A stretch of DNA of 44,804 nucleotides from a virus (taxonomy: Duplodnaviria > Caudoviricetes). Shown here piece by piece: positions 43,328-44,804 of the stretch (position 1 is its first letter; each line of letters opens with the position of its first letter). Below the pieces are notes generated by a model that saw only the letters and a list, made by a program, of their open reading frames with translations, had not been told where the DNA came from and searched no databases. The DNA lies in IMG/VR virus record IMGVR_UViG_3300011441_000001, positions 1 to 44,804 of that record; one strand, 5' to 3'. A program made the translations under genes and the position numbers.

Positions 43328-44804
43328 GCCTGCTCGGTCCCCAGTGGCCGCCGTTCGCGTTGGTGCCGGACTCATACTCGACGGCCGCGGCGGATGAGCT
43401 GGCCGACTTCGCCGTTCAGGTGCTGCACCAGCCGCCGGACGAGTGGCAGCACAACACGCTGCGGATCGGGTGCGGTGAGCGCCGCGATGGCACGTGGGCG
43501 GCGGCCGAGGTGCTGTTGGGCGCGCAGCGCCAGAACGGCAAGGGGGTCATCCCGGAGGCCCGTGGACTGGGCGGGTTGTTCCTCCTCGGCGAACAGGAAC
43601 TGATCTACACCGCGCACGTGAGCGACACCGTACAGAAGTGCTTCCAGCGCTGCATTGACCTGGTCGAGGGCTCGGATGAGCTGATCCGGCGGGTGAAACG
43701 GATCAACCGCACCCACGGTCAGGAGGCAATCGAGCACGTCAACGGCGGGACGTTCGCGTTCCGCACGCGGGGTATCCGACCGGGTAAGGGCCGCGGTCTG
43801 ACCTGTGACTGCCTCTTTTTGGATGAGGCCCTGTACCTGGCGCAGGAGCTGCTCGACGGGCTGCTGCCGACGATGCTGGCCCGGCCGAACCCGCAGATCT
43901 GGTATTTGTCGACCCCGCCGGAGACGTCGGACGCGCCGCTGATGCGGATCCGTGACGAGGCCCTGGCGGGCGCGCCCAACATGGCGATGGCGTTGTGGTG
44001 CAACCCGCCGGAAGCGGACCTGGAGGACGAGGCGACGTTGGCGAGTGCGAATCCGGCGTGGGGGATCCGGCTGAACACGGCGATGATGGCCGTGCTGCGG
44101 CGCCGGCTGGGTGAGGCGGGGTTTGCCCGGGAGTGCGGTGGGATCTGGCCGGTCGTAGGTCAGGAGGCACAGTGGAAGCTGCTCATCGAAGCGTTTTGGA
44201 TCGACGCGAAGGTGGATCACCGCCGGCCGTCGAGTCAGATGCGCTCGCCGGTGGCGTATGGGGTGTCGGTGGCGCCGGACCGGTCGTGGTCGGCGATCGC
44301 CGCCGGGGGTCGGATGGCCGGCGGCGGCCGGCTGATCGAGGTGACGGCGCGGGATGGGGTGGCCGACTACCGGCCGGGCACGGCGTGGCTGATCAGCCGG
44401 ATGACCGAGCTGGAGGAACACAGACCCTGCGTTGTGGTGATCGACGACAAGGCCATCGCCGAGCAGGCCGAGGCTGCTGGGCTGGTGGTCCACCGCGCAC
44501 TCCCGGCCGACCAGGCCGCCGCGGCGGCGACGCTGTATGACGGGCTCTCCGGTGACGACCCGGTCGGGCGTGATGTGCACCAGCTCGACCAGCCACATCT
44601 GAGAGTTGCGGCGGCGGCAGTGCGGCGGCGGCGTAGCGGCGCCGCCTGGTATCTGGAGTCGTCATCTACTGTAGACATTGCACCGATCAAAGCGGCATCG
44701 TTGGCGCTGTGGGGACACGCGACCCCGCGGGTGCACCGGCGGGTGCGGGTGGGTTCGGTCGCGGTTGTTGGGGCGCGGGAGCGGTCAGCGCGGCCGGTGG
44801 AGTC
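43324..44804 (+). CDS. terL: Terminase large subunit (513 aa in the circular genome; ends at 184)
   Basis: WQ, Walker A QRQNGK, YTAH, GRG, Walker B LFLDEA, STP, ANPAWG.R, FARE; missing from the ORF track because it runs off the end. Confidence 0.93.
   Translation, partial: MSLLGPQWPPFALVPDSYSTAAADELADFAVQVLHQPPDEWQHNTLRIGCGERRDGTWAAAEVLLGAQRQNGKGVIPEARGLGGLFLLGEQELIYTAHVSDTVQKCFQRCIDLVEGSDELIRRVKRINRTHGQEAIEHVNGGTFAFRTRGIRPGKGRGLTCDCLFLDEALYLAQELLDGLLPTMLARPNPQIWYLSTPPETSDAPLMRIRDEALAGAPNMAMALWCNPPEADLEDEATLASANPAWGIRLNTAMMAVLRRRLGEAGFARECGGIWPVVGQEAQWKLLIEAFWIDAKVDHRRPSSQMRSPVAYGVSVAPDRSWSAIAAGGRMAGGGRLIEVTARDGVADYRPGTAWLISRMTELEEHRPCVVVIDDKAIAEQAEAAGLVVHRALPADQAAAAATLYDGLSGDDPVGRDVHQLDQPHLRVAAAAVRRRRSGAAWYLESSSTVDIAPIKAASLALWGHATPRVHRRVRVGSVAVVGARERSARPVE
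44682..44804. repeat. Terminal direct repeat (copy 2)
   Basis: Identical to 1-123. Confidence 0.97.

Noticed and set aside
43372-44598. 408-aa minus-strand ORF (and similar long antisense ORFs, e.g. 8837-9985, 9078-10187, 15391-16335)
   Set aside because: Shadow ORFs of real plus-strand genes in high-GC DNA; no motifs or RBS.
44682-44804. 123-bp terminal repeat as a biological DTR
   Set aside because: It falls mid-terL and the frame reads through, so it is best explained as assembler overlap. HNH-terS organisation points to ends near 42474-42578.
1-44804. BldN-type promoters (recalled consensus CGTAAC-N16-CGTTGA) in the phage
   Set aside because: CGTAAC at ~11848 and 21601 lacks a matching -10, and I found no convincing pair by eye; needs a PWM scan.
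1-44804. CRISPR array, tRNA genes, DGR/reverse transcriptase, IS elements, parAB
   Set aside because: No repeat-spacer array, cloverleaf, RT, transposase or partition motifs were seen.

Overview
This looks like a complete, circularly assembled genome of a temperate siphovirus of high-GC filamentous Actinobacteria. Bases 1-123 are identical to 44682-44804, giving a unit length of 44,681 bp. The host is plausibly in the Micromonosporaceae, judged from the phage's host-like regulators. Gene order: HNH, cos-like gap, terS, terL (spans the origin and is absent from the ORF track), HK97-type portal, protease and capsid, an unusual ~5.6 kb block of extra genes, head-tail and tail genes with a -1 frameshifted chaperone, GH25 lysin and holins, a small Xer-like integrase, a repressor/Cro switch, and a long early operon (C5-MTase, RecE/RecT, RuvC, Rep with an internal iteron + DnaA-box origin). 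The standout is that the early operon carries close homologues of two host developmental regulators, BldC and the ECF sigma factor BldN (no anti-sigma next to it), plus a secreted LysM-NlpC/P60 hydrolase behind a highly structured leader. This is a candidate system for controlling host sporulation. Between bldC and bldN sits a minimal 7-deazaguanine DNA-modification salvage pair (YhhQ/VUT transporter + DpdA-like transglycosylase) with no biosynthesis genes. Three genes look broken. All family assignments come from motif recognition by eye, not database searches.
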